A DNA stretch of 64,000 nt from Calditrichaceae bacterium (lineage in GTDB: Bacteria; Calditrichota; Calditrichia; Calditrichales; JBFXGD01): the NCBI GenBank assembly GCA_050173015.1, contig JBFXLE010000004.1, forward strand, positions 67,470 to 131,469, written 5' to 3'. Made by a program: the position numbers and the translations under genes. Below are positions 10,774-20,658 of the stretch, piece by piece (the stretch's first letter is position 1; the number at the start of each line of letters is the position of its first letter). The notes beneath the pieces are model-generated. The model saw only the letters and a list, made by a program, of their open reading frames with translations, was not told the origin of the DNA and made no database searches.

Positions 10774-12822
10774 ATGCTTTTTCGGCTGAAAAATATATGG
10801 CGTGTAACATTTTTGGTGATGGTGGTATTCACACTGCAATCCCGCGCGGATAGCCTGGGTGAAATCAGGACAGATCAGGCCAGATATTCACCCGGTGATA
10901 GTGTAAACTTTAACCTTGAAATAACGGAATTACCTGGTAATTCCATCTTAAAAATTGAATATCTCTTTCTAAACAGGGTTGTTGACAGCGTTTCATATTA
11001 TCCGGGAAACGCGGGTAATTTTGAATGGGTATGGCAGACGCCCAATGATGATTTTCGGGGATATTTGGTGGTTATTTCCCTCATGCAGGATGCCGTGATA
11101 AGTGACAGGACCGTCATCGGGGTGGACGTGTCCTCCGATTGGAGCCGTTTCCCGCGTTACGGTTTTTTATCCGCGTATCCGTACTTAAGTCAGGCCGGTG
11201 TTGACGCGACCATAGCCGAGTTAAACCGCTATCATATTAACGGAATCCAATATTATGACTGGCATTATAAACATCATCTCCCGTTAAAGGGAACACCGGA
11301 AAATCCCGCCGGTACCTGGCCCGACATTGCCAACAGGACAAATTATTTCGCGACAATCAAACGGTACATCGATACCGGCCATCTGCATGGTATGAAAGCC
11401 ATGGCCTATAATTTACTTTACGGCGCCTATGAAGACGCGCAAAATGATGGTGTACAGGATGAATGGCGGCTTTTTAAAGACACTTTTCATTCTGACCCTG
11501 ATTTTCATGATTTACCGGATACATGGGCCAGTGACATCTATTTAATTGATCCATCCAATCCCGCTTGGAAAAATTATATTTTTGATAAAATGTCCGATGT
11601 TTTTGAGGCGTTACCCTTTGACGGTTGGCATATTGATCAGTTAGGTGACAGAGGGGCGCGTTATAACTACAGCGGCCAGCGGGTGGATCTTAATCAAACT
11701 TTTTTACCGTATATAGAACAAACGAAGGATGCCATGGATGTTTCGCTGGTGATGAATGCCGTCAACCAGTATGGGCAGCAGGATATCGCGAAAAGTCCGG
11801 TGGATTTTCTGTACACGGAAGTCTGGTGGCCCAATGAAACCTATTCAGATCTCGTCTTTATCATTCTGGATAACGCCTCCTATTCCGAAAATAAGCTGTC
11901 GACAGTATTGGCCGCCTATATGGATCGTTCACTTTCTTCCCAAAGCGGCTATTTTAATGCTCCGGGCGTTTTTTTGACGGACGCGGTAATATTCGCCGCG
12001 GGCGGATCGCATCTGGAATTGGGAGAGCATATGCTTGCCAATGAGTACTTTCCCAACAACAATCTGCAGATGTCTGAGGATCTGAAAAATCAATTGGTTC
12101 ATTACTATGATTTCCTGGTGGCATATCAGAACCTGCTGCGTGACGGCGGCGATTTTAATCAGGTTTATCTTACATCGGAAAACGATATTTCAATTAAATA
12201 TTACGCGCAAAAAGGGAGTGTGTGGAATTTTTCAAAACTGAAAGGTGATTTGCAGATTTTTCATTTAATCAATTTTAAAGACGCCACTTCACTTAATTGG
12301 CGGGACGATACAGGCACACAGCCGGAGCCTGAAACAATCTCAAATACACCAGTCTATTTTACGACTCAGGAAAAAGTAAAATCCCTATGGCTGGCCACTC
12401 CCGATTTTAATGGCGGTAATCCCGAAAACTTACTTTTTAGTCAGAAGAATGACACGGTTTATTTTGAAATACCGTATTTAAAGTATTGGGATATGCTTGT
12501 GGCTGAATATGATGTGAACACGGGCATTGATGATGGTGATTTAATCTATCCGGGACAAGCCAGGATGCTGGGCAATTACCCCAATCCGTTTAACCCGGAG
12601 ACCCGGATCAGTTTTGAGCTGAATGCGTCGATGCATATCGAGTTGTCGGTTTATAATATCGCGGGGCAAAAAATCGCGACTTTGGCGAATCAAAAATTTA
12701 CATCAGGGCAGCATTCCGTTTCATGGAAACCGGAAAGCAGTTTGGCCAGCGCGGTTTATTTTGCCGTTCTTAAAACAAATGAGGGCAACGTACTTTTTCA
12801 CAAACTGCTCTATTTAAAATAA
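10774..12822 (+). CDS. GH66-like paralogue with T9SS type-A C-terminal sorting domain
   Basis: Same motif set as the upstream gene (DVSSDWSRFPRYGFLS identical; FDGWHIDQLGDRG; YTEVW). C-terminus NYPNPFNPETRISFEL...AVYFAVLKT...LLYLK. Confidence 0.7.
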   Translation: MLFRLKNIWRVTFLVMVVFTLQSRADSLGEIRTDQARYSPGDSVNFNLEITELPGNSILKIEYLFLNRVVDSVSYYPGNAGNFEWVWQTPNDDFRGYLVVISLMQDAVISDRTVIGVDVSSDWSRFPRYGFLSAYPYLSQAGVDATIAELNRYHINGIQYYDWHYKHHLPLKGTPENPAGTWPDIANRTNYFATIKRYIDTGHLHGMKAMAYNLLYGAYEDAQNDGVQDEWRLFKDTFHSDPDFHDLPDTWASDIYLIDPSNPAWKNYIFDKMSDVFEALPFDGWHIDQLGDRGARYNYSGQRVDLNQTFLPYIEQTKDAMDVSLVMNAVNQYGQQDIAKSPVDFLYTEVWWPNETYSDLVFIILDNASYSENKLSTVLAAYMDRSLSSQSGYFNAPGVFLTDAVIFAAGGSHLELGEHMLANEYFPNNNLQMSEDLKNQLVHYYDFLVAYQNLLRDGGDFNQVYLTSENDISIKYYAQKGSVWNFSKLKGDLQIFHLINFKDATSLNWRDDTGTQPEPETISNTPVYFTTQEKVKSLWLATPDFNGGNPENLLFSQKNDTVYFEIPYLKYWDMLVAEYDVNTGIDDGDLIYPGQARMLGNYPNPFNPETRISFELNASMHIELSVYNIAGQKIATLANQKFTSGQHSVSWKPESSLASAVYFAVLKTNEGNVLFHKLLYLK

Positions 12823-12838
12823 AAATTACTGAAACGAG

Positions 12839-15499
12839 GTGGGAGTGAGACGATCCAGTTTATTTATAATAATGATATTAATGATTGCCGGTTCATGTAT
12901 GCAGTCAAAAATCTACAAGTCAGAAAAGTTTGAAATAACCCAAAACAAAGTGGTTCAGGGTCAATACTACGCGGAAGCGGTTAGCCCGGAACATATCAAA
13001 TCCACTTATCAAAGTGATTTCAAAACTCCTACTAAAAGAGAAATATTTTTTAAATTCAGTTTAAATGGCGGAGATAACGAGCGTTTTCCGGGAGAAGATC
13101 ACCGGATTATTCTGGATGATAACAGTCAGGATATGATATCAGAGATCTACCTTTTTGGGGAAAATGATCCGGATCAGGTCATTCACTCAAAAGTAACAGG
13201 CGCTCCTGAATTATACAAAGCGGTATTGGTCACTTTCAGATGTGATATGAATAATGTGTTAAACGCATTCAGGACGAACGGATTTTACATTACCAAAACC
13301 GGCGAACGCATAACCAGGGAACAGTTCAATGGACTTTATATCGCCGGCGCCCAGTTACCACTCACCTGGGAATTTGGTTCTCTGAGCTCAAAGGATGAAT
13401 TTCGGTTAAACGATGAAGATGGTGACGGCATCTTTGAAATAACACTCAAATTTAACCCAACCCAGGTTGAAAACGACAAGGAAGGCGAATGGAGCTTAAG
13501 TACAGATATATCATCTCTGCCTCAATATAAATCCGGCATTCCAATTATGGATGCATTGTACAACTTATCTTTGGAAGAATTGTTGCTGGATATCCGGGAA
13601 GACGGCGCCTTTATGGCGGGTCAAAAATGGCCGGGTGTGTGGACGCGCGATGTCAGCTACAGTATTTTACTTTCGCTGGCCGCCATAAGGCCCGATGCCG
13701 CCAAAAAGAGTTTGATGAAAAAGGTTCAGAACGACAGGATCATTCAGGATACAGGAACGGGCGGTTCCTGGCCGGTTTCCACCGATAGAATGACCTGGAC
13801 ACTGGCGGCCTGGGAAATCTATCAGGTTACCGGAGATCAGGATTGGTTACGGTACGCGTTTGGCATAATCAAAAACTCAGCCCGGGATGATCTGGCTACG
13901 GCGTTCAATCCGTCAACCGGTTTATTTTATGGTGAATCGTCTTTTTTGGACTGGAGGGAACAAACCTATCCTTTGTGGATGGATCCCAAAGATATCTATA
14001 AATCACAATGTCTGGGGACAAATGCCGTTCATTTTCAGACCTATCATATTTTAGCTCAAATGGCAGAGATTTTGGGCGAAGACGGAAATGACTATCGTAC
14101 CCGTGCCATTCAAGTGAAGGACGCGGTAAACAAATGGTTGTGGCTTCCTGAAAAAGGGTATTACGGGCAATATTTATATGGCCGGACATTTCTGACTCTA
14201 TCCCCTAAATCCGAAACCCTCGGTGAAGCATTAAGCATAATATTTAATATCACCGATGAAGACCGGCAAAGTTCGATTATGAGTAACATGCCTTTAACTG
14301 AATTTGGACCGGTCTGCATATATCCGCAAATCCCGGATTTACCTCCATATCACAACAATGGTATCTGGCCATTTGTTTCGGCATACTGGACCTGGGCGGC
14401 AGCAGAAGCGAAGAATGTCAAAGCGGTCGAACACGGCCTGGCCTCGGTTTACCGCAGCGCCGCTCTGTTTCTGACCAACAAGGAAAATATGGTCGCTCAA
14501 TCGGGTGATTATCTGGGAACCGAGATCAATTCGGACCGGCAATTGTGGAGTGTCGCCGGTAATCTGGCGATGACATACCGCGTATTTTTCGGAATGCGCT
14601 TCACTCCGGATTCCCTACGATTCAATCCGTTTATTCCCGAGTCATATGCCGGATTAAAGGAGCTGAAGAATTTTCCGTTCCGAAACGCGAGCCTTAATAT
14701 TACAATTAGCGGTTTTGGAGATGCTATCAAGGAAATTCAACTGGATGGAGAAAAATTGGAACATGCCGCGATTCCCGGCAGCATAACGGGACAACATACA
14801 ATCGCCATCATTATGAACGGAAAACTGCCGGCGAATACAAGGATCAATCTGGTTGAAAATTATACCGCACCGCAAACTCCCGTAATAAAAGTTGATCAGA
14901 ACGCGCTGGTTTGGCAACCGGTCAGTCCGGACGCGGAATACATCATTGTAAAAAATGGCAGAGAAGAGGCCAAAAGTAAAGAAACCGTATTTAAACTTCC
15001 CGATTCGAATGAGCGCGCGGAATACCAGGTGAAAGCAATTGACCCTAAAGGTTATGAATCATTTTTAAGTGAACCGGTATTGGTGAATATGGAAGAAAAA
15101 ACACTGTACGCGTACCCGCCGCGGAATCAGTCAGCCGGCAAAGACGCTTATCTTGTATTGAGCAAAACTAAAAATATCCGTATTGATTTGCGGGTGAAGA
15201 TTGATGAGTCCGGCACCTACAGTATCGACTGTTTTTACGCGAACGGCAACGGACCAATCAATACAAACAATCAATGCGCCATCCGTACACTGGTAATTGA
15301 TGGAACGGTCGCGGGCAAAATGGTGATGGCGCAGCGCGGCACCGAAAAATGGGACGATTGGGGGTATAGCAACAGTATTCTCAGGAATTTTGATAAAGGC
15401 GCGCACACCATCACTTTGTTATATGACGCGACCGATGAAAATATGAACGGTGAAGTAAATACGGCGCACCTGCAACATATCCGTTTGTTTAAGATATAG
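12839..15499 (+). CDS. (alpha/alpha)6-barrel glycoside hydrolase (GH15 / glycogen-debranching-like) with C-terminal CBM6/35-like module, lipoprotein
   Basis: Lipobox IAGSC. PGVWTRDVSYSILLSLA resembles the WTRD block of GH15-type toroid hydrolases. The C-terminal YSIDCFYANGNGPINTNNQCAIRTLVIDG...GAHTITLLY resembles a CBM6/35 beta-sandwich. Family assignment is uncertain. Confidence 0.55.
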   Translation: MGVRRSSLFIIMILMIAGSCMQSKIYKSEKFEITQNKVVQGQYYAEAVSPEHIKSTYQSDFKTPTKREIFFKFSLNGGDNERFPGEDHRIILDDNSQDMISEIYLFGENDPDQVIHSKVTGAPELYKAVLVTFRCDMNNVLNAFRTNGFYITKTGERITREQFNGLYIAGAQLPLTWEFGSLSSKDEFRLNDEDGDGIFEITLKFNPTQVENDKEGEWSLSTDISSLPQYKSGIPIMDALYNLSLEELLLDIREDGAFMAGQKWPGVWTRDVSYSILLSLAAIRPDAAKKSLMKKVQNDRIIQDTGTGGSWPVSTDRMTWTLAAWEIYQVTGDQDWLRYAFGIIKNSARDDLATAFNPSTGLFYGESSFLDWREQTYPLWMDPKDIYKSQCLGTNAVHFQTYHILAQMAEILGEDGNDYRTRAIQVKDAVNKWLWLPEKGYYGQYLYGRTFLTLSPKSETLGEALSIIFNITDEDRQSSIMSNMPLTEFGPVCIYPQIPDLPPYHNNGIWPFVSAYWTWAAAEAKNVKAVEHGLASVYRSAALFLTNKENMVAQSGDYLGTEINSDRQLWSVAGNLAMTYRVFFGMRFTPDSLRFNPFIPESYAGLKELKNFPFRNASLNITISGFGDAIKEIQLDGEKLEHAAIPGSITGQHTIAIIMNGKLPANTRINLVENYTAPQTPVIKVDQNALVWQPVSPDAEYIIVKNGREEAKSKETVFKLPDSNERAEYQVKAIDPKGYESFLSEPVLVNMEEKTLYAYPPRNQSAGKDAYLVLSKTKNIRIDLRVKIDESGTYSIDCFYANGNGPINTNNQCAIRTLVIDGTVAGKMVMAQRGTEKWDDWGYSNSILRNFDKGAHTITLLYDATDENMNGEVNTAHLQHIRLFKI

Positions 15500-16093
15500 A
15501 AGCAGGGGAAGATTGGCGTAATGGTAATATTCTTTTACAATGCGCCTGTCACAACAAATAGTCAGAATATTTAGTAAATCACTGACATCTTACTTATCGA
15601 AATTTTCAAATGCTTACCGGTATGAGAAGGGAAATATGTTTCATTTCTCATGCCGGTTTTTTATATGGAATTAACCGATGCAGTTCGAACAAAGCTCTAT
15701 ATATTAATTTTTTTTATTCTCCTTTTTCAGTTAAACAATTATATATTGGTAGAGGTAAAGCATTCATGTTTCAGGATGAGCGATTCTATTGTATAATGAA
15801 TGGGGATAATCTATGAATTTGAAACCGGCCGCTGAAATAATTGTCGCGTTGGTAACCGCCGCTTGTGTGATTTTCATTGCAATCCTGTTTAAACAAGTCC
15901 TTCATATTCAGGCCGATTTTTTAATGTCAAACGGCCCATCGTATTTATTTATTATCTATATTCTGACAAGAGAGCAGGCCAGAAAATCTAAATTTGATAA
16001 ACCAGTATAATTGGAGTTTAGCAATAATAGGCATTTCTTTTTTAACCATAATAGTACACATTATATGATGATATACTCGCCGGGTGGATAAAA

Positions 16094-16636
16094 ATGAGAT
16101 ATATTTCCCTGCTTCGCGGAATAAATGTAAGTGGTCAGAAGAAAATCAAAATGGCTGATTTAAAATCTATGTATGAGTCGCTTGGATTTAAAAACGTCAT
16201 TACGTACATACAGAGCGGAAATGTTATATTTGATGCCGAATCACTGAACAGGGGCGAATTAAAAATAAAGATTGAAAAAGCGATAGAGCATAAATATACA
16301 TTTCATGTTTCTGTGGAGATTCGAACGGTCAGTGAATTTGAGAGTATTATAAAAAACTGTCCCTTCGGCCCTGTTGACCCGGCGGAGGAAGGCGCGAAAT
16401 TATTAGTGACATTTTTTTCATCACCGCCATCCGGAATAAGGATTTCCGATATTCAAAACTATGCGGACGCGTCAGAAAAATTAATCGTGAGTAATAAAGA
16501 GGCATATCTGTACTGCCCAAACGGCTATGGGAAAACAAAACTGTCGAATGCCTTTTTAGAAAAAAAGCTTGGTGTCGCGGCAACAACGCGAAACTGGAAA
16601 TCTGTTCATAAATTGTATGAATTAGCTCAAGGGTGA
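16094..16636 (+). CDS. DUF1697 family protein
   Basis: N-terminus MRYISLLRGINVSGQKKIKMADLK is the characteristic DUF1697 start; the length (180 aa) fits. Confidence 0.8.
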   Translation: MRYISLLRGINVSGQKKIKMADLKSMYESLGFKNVITYIQSGNVIFDAESLNRGELKIKIEKAIEHKYTFHVSVEIRTVSEFESIIKNCPFGPVDPAEEGAKLLVTFFSSPPSGIRISDIQNYADASEKLIVSNKEAYLYCPNGYGKTKLSNAFLEKKLGVAATTRNWKSVHKLYELAQG

Positions 16637-16774
16637 AATAATAATGAACAAAGGATAGTTTGGACAATAATTAAAAAGGAAGCATCCCCGGTGATTTACA
16701 CCGCCGCGGCGGGTTGATGATCAATAAAACCGGTTTAGATTAATGACAGGAGCGCAACACTGGATTCAAACTAT

Positions 16775-17260
16775 TTGACAGTATATAAATATAATGGCGC
16801 GCGTTCTATGGTTTTGCTGCATGAGCATTATTTAAAATCACTCCTTCGGACCTGGCGGGAAGCCAAACGCGTCAATTTAGCTCTTCCGGAAACAGAAGAT
16901 TCAGATTATCAATCATTGGATACGCTTCTTAAACATATTTTTAGATCGGCAAGGGGTTATATGATTTGGATGTGCGATAAATTAAATCTTCCGGATCCCG
17001 ACATCAAAGCTGTACCTGAAACGGATATCATTGAAAACGCGGCAAATGAGTATCTTGATCACCTTTTAGAAAAATGGCGTATGCCTCTGTCCGAAATAGA
17101 AGAGGATAAATTTCATTCACCGACTTTTACATCCCGTTGGGGAGTTGAATATTGTATTGATGCCATGCTAGAGCACGCGGTGATGCATCCGATACGCCAT
17201 GAATTTCAGCTAAAAACTTTGATGACTATTAACCAAAACAAGTCAGAAAGTATTAAATAG
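16775..17260 (+). CDS. Hypothetical protein, possibly DinB-like four-helix bundle
   Basis: Helical protein with spaced His residues (LHEHYL ... EHAVMHPIRHE). The start is uncertain; the first in-frame ATG is at 16808. Confidence 0.4.
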   Translation: MTVYKYNGARSMVLLHEHYLKSLLRTWREAKRVNLALPETEDSDYQSLDTLLKHIFRSARGYMIWMCDKLNLPDPDIKAVPETDIIENAANEYLDHLLEKWRMPLSEIEEDKFHSPTFTSRWGVEYCIDAMLEHAVMHPIRHEFQLKTLMTINQNKSESIK

Positions 17261-17311
17261 GAAAACATAAAAAACAATGGGCATTACACATCAAATGATA
17301 AGGAGTAAGAA

Positions 17312-17737
17312 ATGAAACGTAAAGCATCAGCGGTTTGGAAGGGTGGTTTAAGAGGCGGACAGGGAGCTCTGTCCACAGACAGCGGTGTACTTGCCGGGAC
17401 GCAATATTCATTTAGTACACGATTTGAGAATGGAATCGGTACAAATCCGGAAGAATTAATCGGGGCAGCCCATGCAGGTTGTTTTTCGATGGCTTTGTCT
17501 GGTCAGTTGGAAAATATGGGTTTTGCGCCGGAAAGCATCAACACACAAGCGGCCGTAAAACTCGAAAAAACGGATGCCGGTTTTACCATTACACAAATAC
17601 ATCTGGAAGTTAAAGCGAAAGTTCCGGGAGCAGACCAGGAAAAATTTGAAACGGCGGCAAAAAACGCTAAATCCGGATGCCCTGTATCACGGGTATTGAA
17701 TGCTGAAATCACAATGACTACTATTCTCGAATCATAA
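17312..17737 (+). CDS. osmC: OsmC family peroxiredoxin
   Basis: ASAVWKGGLRGGQGALSTDSGVL... with the two conserved Cys (AHAGCFSMAL and KSGCPVSRVL) typical of OsmC. Confidence 0.85.
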   Translation: MKRKASAVWKGGLRGGQGALSTDSGVLAGTQYSFSTRFENGIGTNPEELIGAAHAGCFSMALSGQLENMGFAPESINTQAAVKLEKTDAGFTITQIHLEVKAKVPGADQEKFETAAKNAKSGCPVSRVLNAEITMTTILES

Positions 17738-17790
17738 AAAGAATAAATTAATACATACAGGACGAACCATTCAGACCTTGATTCGACAGA

Positions 17791-17835
17791 AAGCTTATCC
17801 CGACCCGATTTTGATGGTCGGGTATGCTTTTGTCT
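17791..17835 (+). terminator. Putative Rho-independent terminator after osmC
   Basis: CCCGACC (17799-17805) pairs with GGTCGGG (17816-17822) with extended flanking pairing, followed by TATGCTTTTGTCTG. Confidence 0.5.
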
Positions 17836-17901
17836 GAAAGAAGTTTATAGCAATCCGTCAAATTTCATCCGGTTCGGATCCGGGTTAAAGGAGTCTTTCG
17901 C

Positions 17902-18369
17902 TTGTTGCACATTTTTGTAGATGCGGACGCGTGTCCGGTTAAACAGGAAATCTATCGCGTCGCCAAACGATATGACCTTAATGTCACATTAGTAACAAAC
18001 ACATGGATGCGTGTACCGAATGAGCCATGGCTGGCGCTGGAAATTGTCGGTGACGGCCTGGACGCGGCCGATGATTGGATCGCCGAAAATGTGAAGTCAG
18101 ACGATATCGTAGTCACAGCCGACATACCACTTGCCAGCCGCTGTCTGAAACAGGGAGCGCGTGTTATTGGTTCAACCGGAAAACCGTTTACCGATAGTAA
18201 TATCGGTGAAGCTGTGGCGACCCGTAACCTTTTGTCCGAGCTGCGCGGCGCGGGAGAGATAACAGGCGGTCCGCCACCGCTGCAGAAGCGCGACCGGTCA
18301 CGATTTCTTCAGCAGCTTGATGATGTGATTCAATCAATCCGCCGAAAGCAACGGCTCAAATCCGACTGA
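17902..18369 (+). CDS. YaiI/YqxD family protein (UPF0178/DUF188)
   Basis: LHIFVDADACPVKQEIYRVAKRY is the family's N-terminal signature. Non-ATG (TTG) start. Confidence 0.8.
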   Translation: MLHIFVDADACPVKQEIYRVAKRYDLNVTLVTNTWMRVPNEPWLALEIVGDGLDAADDWIAENVKSDDIVVTADIPLASRCLKQGARVIGSTGKPFTDSNIGEAVATRNLLSELRGAGEITGGPPPLQKRDRSRFLQQLDDVIQSIRRKQRLKSD

Positions 18370-18729
18370 TCACCGGATCCTCCAGGACGTTTGTCCGAAA
18401 ACAGATAGCTGCCGTAAAAATCTGTTCACTAATGTTTCTGCTGTTTTGCTGACCTTTTTATCACTAATTCTATTACGACGGAATTCCCCTTTTTTACTTT
18501 TTTATCAATATAAATAATAACATTTCCATAACTTTCCGTATTGTCTTTAATGATAAAATATATGTGGCACCGATGGCTGCAGATAGATGGTCTGTTGAGC
18601 CCGGTAATAGACTTGTTGGCTCGTCTGTGACATGAAAGCAGGTAACTGGAAAATTATTTTCCACTCTCCTAATCCCGAGAAATATTATGCCGATTATCCA
18701 TGATGAAATAATCATTAGGGAGGTAATTC

Positions 18730-19401
18730 ATGCGTTATGGTGTTCTTTTAATTCTTGGATTATTTGTTTTTCTGAGTTCCTGTGCAACGGTACCCCCGCC
18801 TTCGGAAATTGACGATGAAACGGATCTTGTCCTGGATCTGCCGCCGTATTCCGGTGAGAAACTTACCATCGCGGTCCTCGATTTGCAAAACCAAACCGAA
18901 TTTGACGACCCGAGAATCGGCCGGGGAGTCGCCAACATGTTAGTAACCGCGCTGGTAAATTCCGATCGTTTTACCGTAGTGGAGCGAAATTCTGAAGCGA
19001 TTCAAAAACTGCTGGAAGAACAGGCGCTCGGGTTAAGCGGAGTGGTGGACGCGGCTACAGCAGCCAAAGTGGGTAAAATGTTAGGAGCGAAAGGTGTAGT
19101 CATCGGGGAAGTCAGCGAATTCGGTATTCGAAAAACCGGAGCTTTCGTGGGAGTCGGGGGGCAAAAAACCATTACAACCAGGGTTGTCATTGACGCGCGC
19201 ATGGTGGATGTGGAAACAGGAAGAATTATGATGGCTTCCCCGGGTATTGGTAAAAGCAGAACAAGCACTTCGGGAATCGCTCTGACATTCGAATTCGGAA
19301 CAACCGGATTTGACGAAACGACTATCGGTATGGCCACCAGGAAAGCGGTAAACCAGATTGTCAAAAAATTTGCCATGACATTCAACCCGACTAATATTTA
19401 A
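18730..19401 (+). CDS. CsgG/HfaB-family lipoprotein (curli-type secretion channel family)
   Basis: Lipobox FLSSC. TIAVLDLQNQTEF...GRGVANMLVTALVNSDRFTVVERN...LLEEQAL matches the CsgG-family core as I recall it. Confidence 0.75.
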   Translation: MRYGVLLILGLFVFLSSCATVPPPSEIDDETDLVLDLPPYSGEKLTIAVLDLQNQTEFDDPRIGRGVANMLVTALVNSDRFTVVERNSEAIQKLLEEQALGLSGVVDAATAAKVGKMLGAKGVVIGEVSEFGIRKTGAFVGVGGQKTITTRVVIDARMVDVETGRIMMASPGIGKSRTSTSGIALTFEFGTTGFDETTIGMATRKAVNQIVKKFAMTFNPTNI

Positions 19402-19450
19402 TGTTAGTGTCTCAATAAAGACACTATTGATTTAATTTCATGGAGGATGT

Positions 19451-20356
19451 ATGAAAAGGACTATTTTGTATTTTCTTCTGTTTTTAACGATTGGTTTTAT
19501 GACTGTTCACGCGGATGACAACACTACGGATTTTAAGATTACCCCGCCGCCGGTATCATGTATCAAGTTTTTTCCAGGAGTAAAACAGTTCTCAGTCACG
19601 GGTATTTATTATAAAATGGGAGAACTTGAGGGTCAGACGGGATCCAGTGACAGTCCCGTCGCGTACGGGTTTAACGCGAATTACGCGTTTTCCTCTCCTA
19701 GTACCTTATTTGGAGCTCAAAACGGTGGAATCATTACTTTCTCTTATATGAGAATCACCATGCCGGCGGGTGCTTCCGAAATTTATGATGAGGATATAAA
19801 TACCAATTCTTTTAATTTGGGTTATACCGCGGTGTTGGATCTGATTAACGGGGAGAAAAGAGATATTGCCGGAGAAATAATCGCGCTCAAACCCACATGG
19901 GCGGTGTTTTTTGGCAGCTCTATCAATTACTTCAGTCTGAACATGGGGCCTTTGTATCAGGCATTCGGGCATTCACAGGATATCAAAGCCATAAACCTTA
20001 TAACGAGTCTTTCTTTGGGCTCGGCTGCTGATTTTCCTATCGGATCCCATATTGCCCTGGTCCCATTTATCCGTTATACAATGAATATAGCGCAAACCAT
20101 TATGGATGTGCCTGAACCATTTAATCCTGATAAGCTATACTCGGAAACTTATACATCAGACTACAGTTATCTGGATTATGGTATGGATATCGATGTCAGG
20201 CCTTTCAGCAATTCACCGGACTGGATCATCAGTCTGGGAACTGCAATGGCCCAGGTGGAAGGAATGAAAAACGGTAATCTTCTCATCACTTTGGGCATCA
20301 AACATGAAATTGGCAAGTACTACAGCAGCACAACGGTAGGACCCGCGCTTCATTAA
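19451..20356 (+). CDS. Hypothetical secreted protein, possibly an outer-membrane beta-barrel
   Basis: Signal peptide (FLLFLTIGFMTVHA). Alternating hydrophobic pattern, Gly/Ser/Tyr-rich. No recognised motif. Confidence 0.5.
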   Translation: MKRTILYFLLFLTIGFMTVHADDNTTDFKITPPPVSCIKFFPGVKQFSVTGIYYKMGELEGQTGSSDSPVAYGFNANYAFSSPSTLFGAQNGGIITFSYMRITMPAGASEIYDEDINTNSFNLGYTAVLDLINGEKRDIAGEIIALKPTWAVFFGSSINYFSLNMGPLYQAFGHSQDIKAINLITSLSLGSAADFPIGSHIALVPFIRYTMNIAQTIMDVPEPFNPDKLYSETYTSDYSYLDYGMDIDVRPFSNSPDWIISLGTAMAQVEGMKNGNLLITLGIKHEIGKYYSSTTVGPALH

Positions 20357-20375
20357 TTCCATGATCCCATTCAAA

Positions 20376-20420
20376 AATCATACCCTCCAGCCATCTTGGT
20401 CGGAGGGGTATGATTTATTC
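20376..20420 (+). terminator. Rho-independent terminator
   Basis: AATCATACCCTCC / GGAGGGGTATGATT form a 13-bp stem (one bulge) with a 13-nt loop, followed by TATTC. It lies 20 nt after the stop at 20356. Confidence 0.6.
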
Positions 20421-20658
20421 AATTCATTTAAGTGATTTCGAAAAATTATTTGATTTCCATTTTTTAAGTTAACCGGATTTACATCTACCAATTATTTGAT
20501 CATTTGCTAAATGAAACCGGAATTATTCCCTAAGATTTAATAGTTAAACAGACAAAAGCCTGTGTCCGGATTCTTGTGATGTTTTGTAAAAATCAAAGTT
20601 GGAATCAGGTCTTAGCGCGGCGAAGAATGGTTAAATTATTTTTATCAGGGGATAAATT

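Noticed and set aside
15610-16010. Two small overlapping ORFs (68 and 65 aa)
   Set aside because: There are no recognisable motifs, and the first has an implausible composition. The second could be a tiny 2-TM protein, but support is insufficient to annotate it.
18494-18715. 73-aa minus-strand ORF between yaiI-like and csgG-like genes
   Set aside because: No motif or coupling, and it lies in an AT-rich promoter-like region. It is probably spurious.
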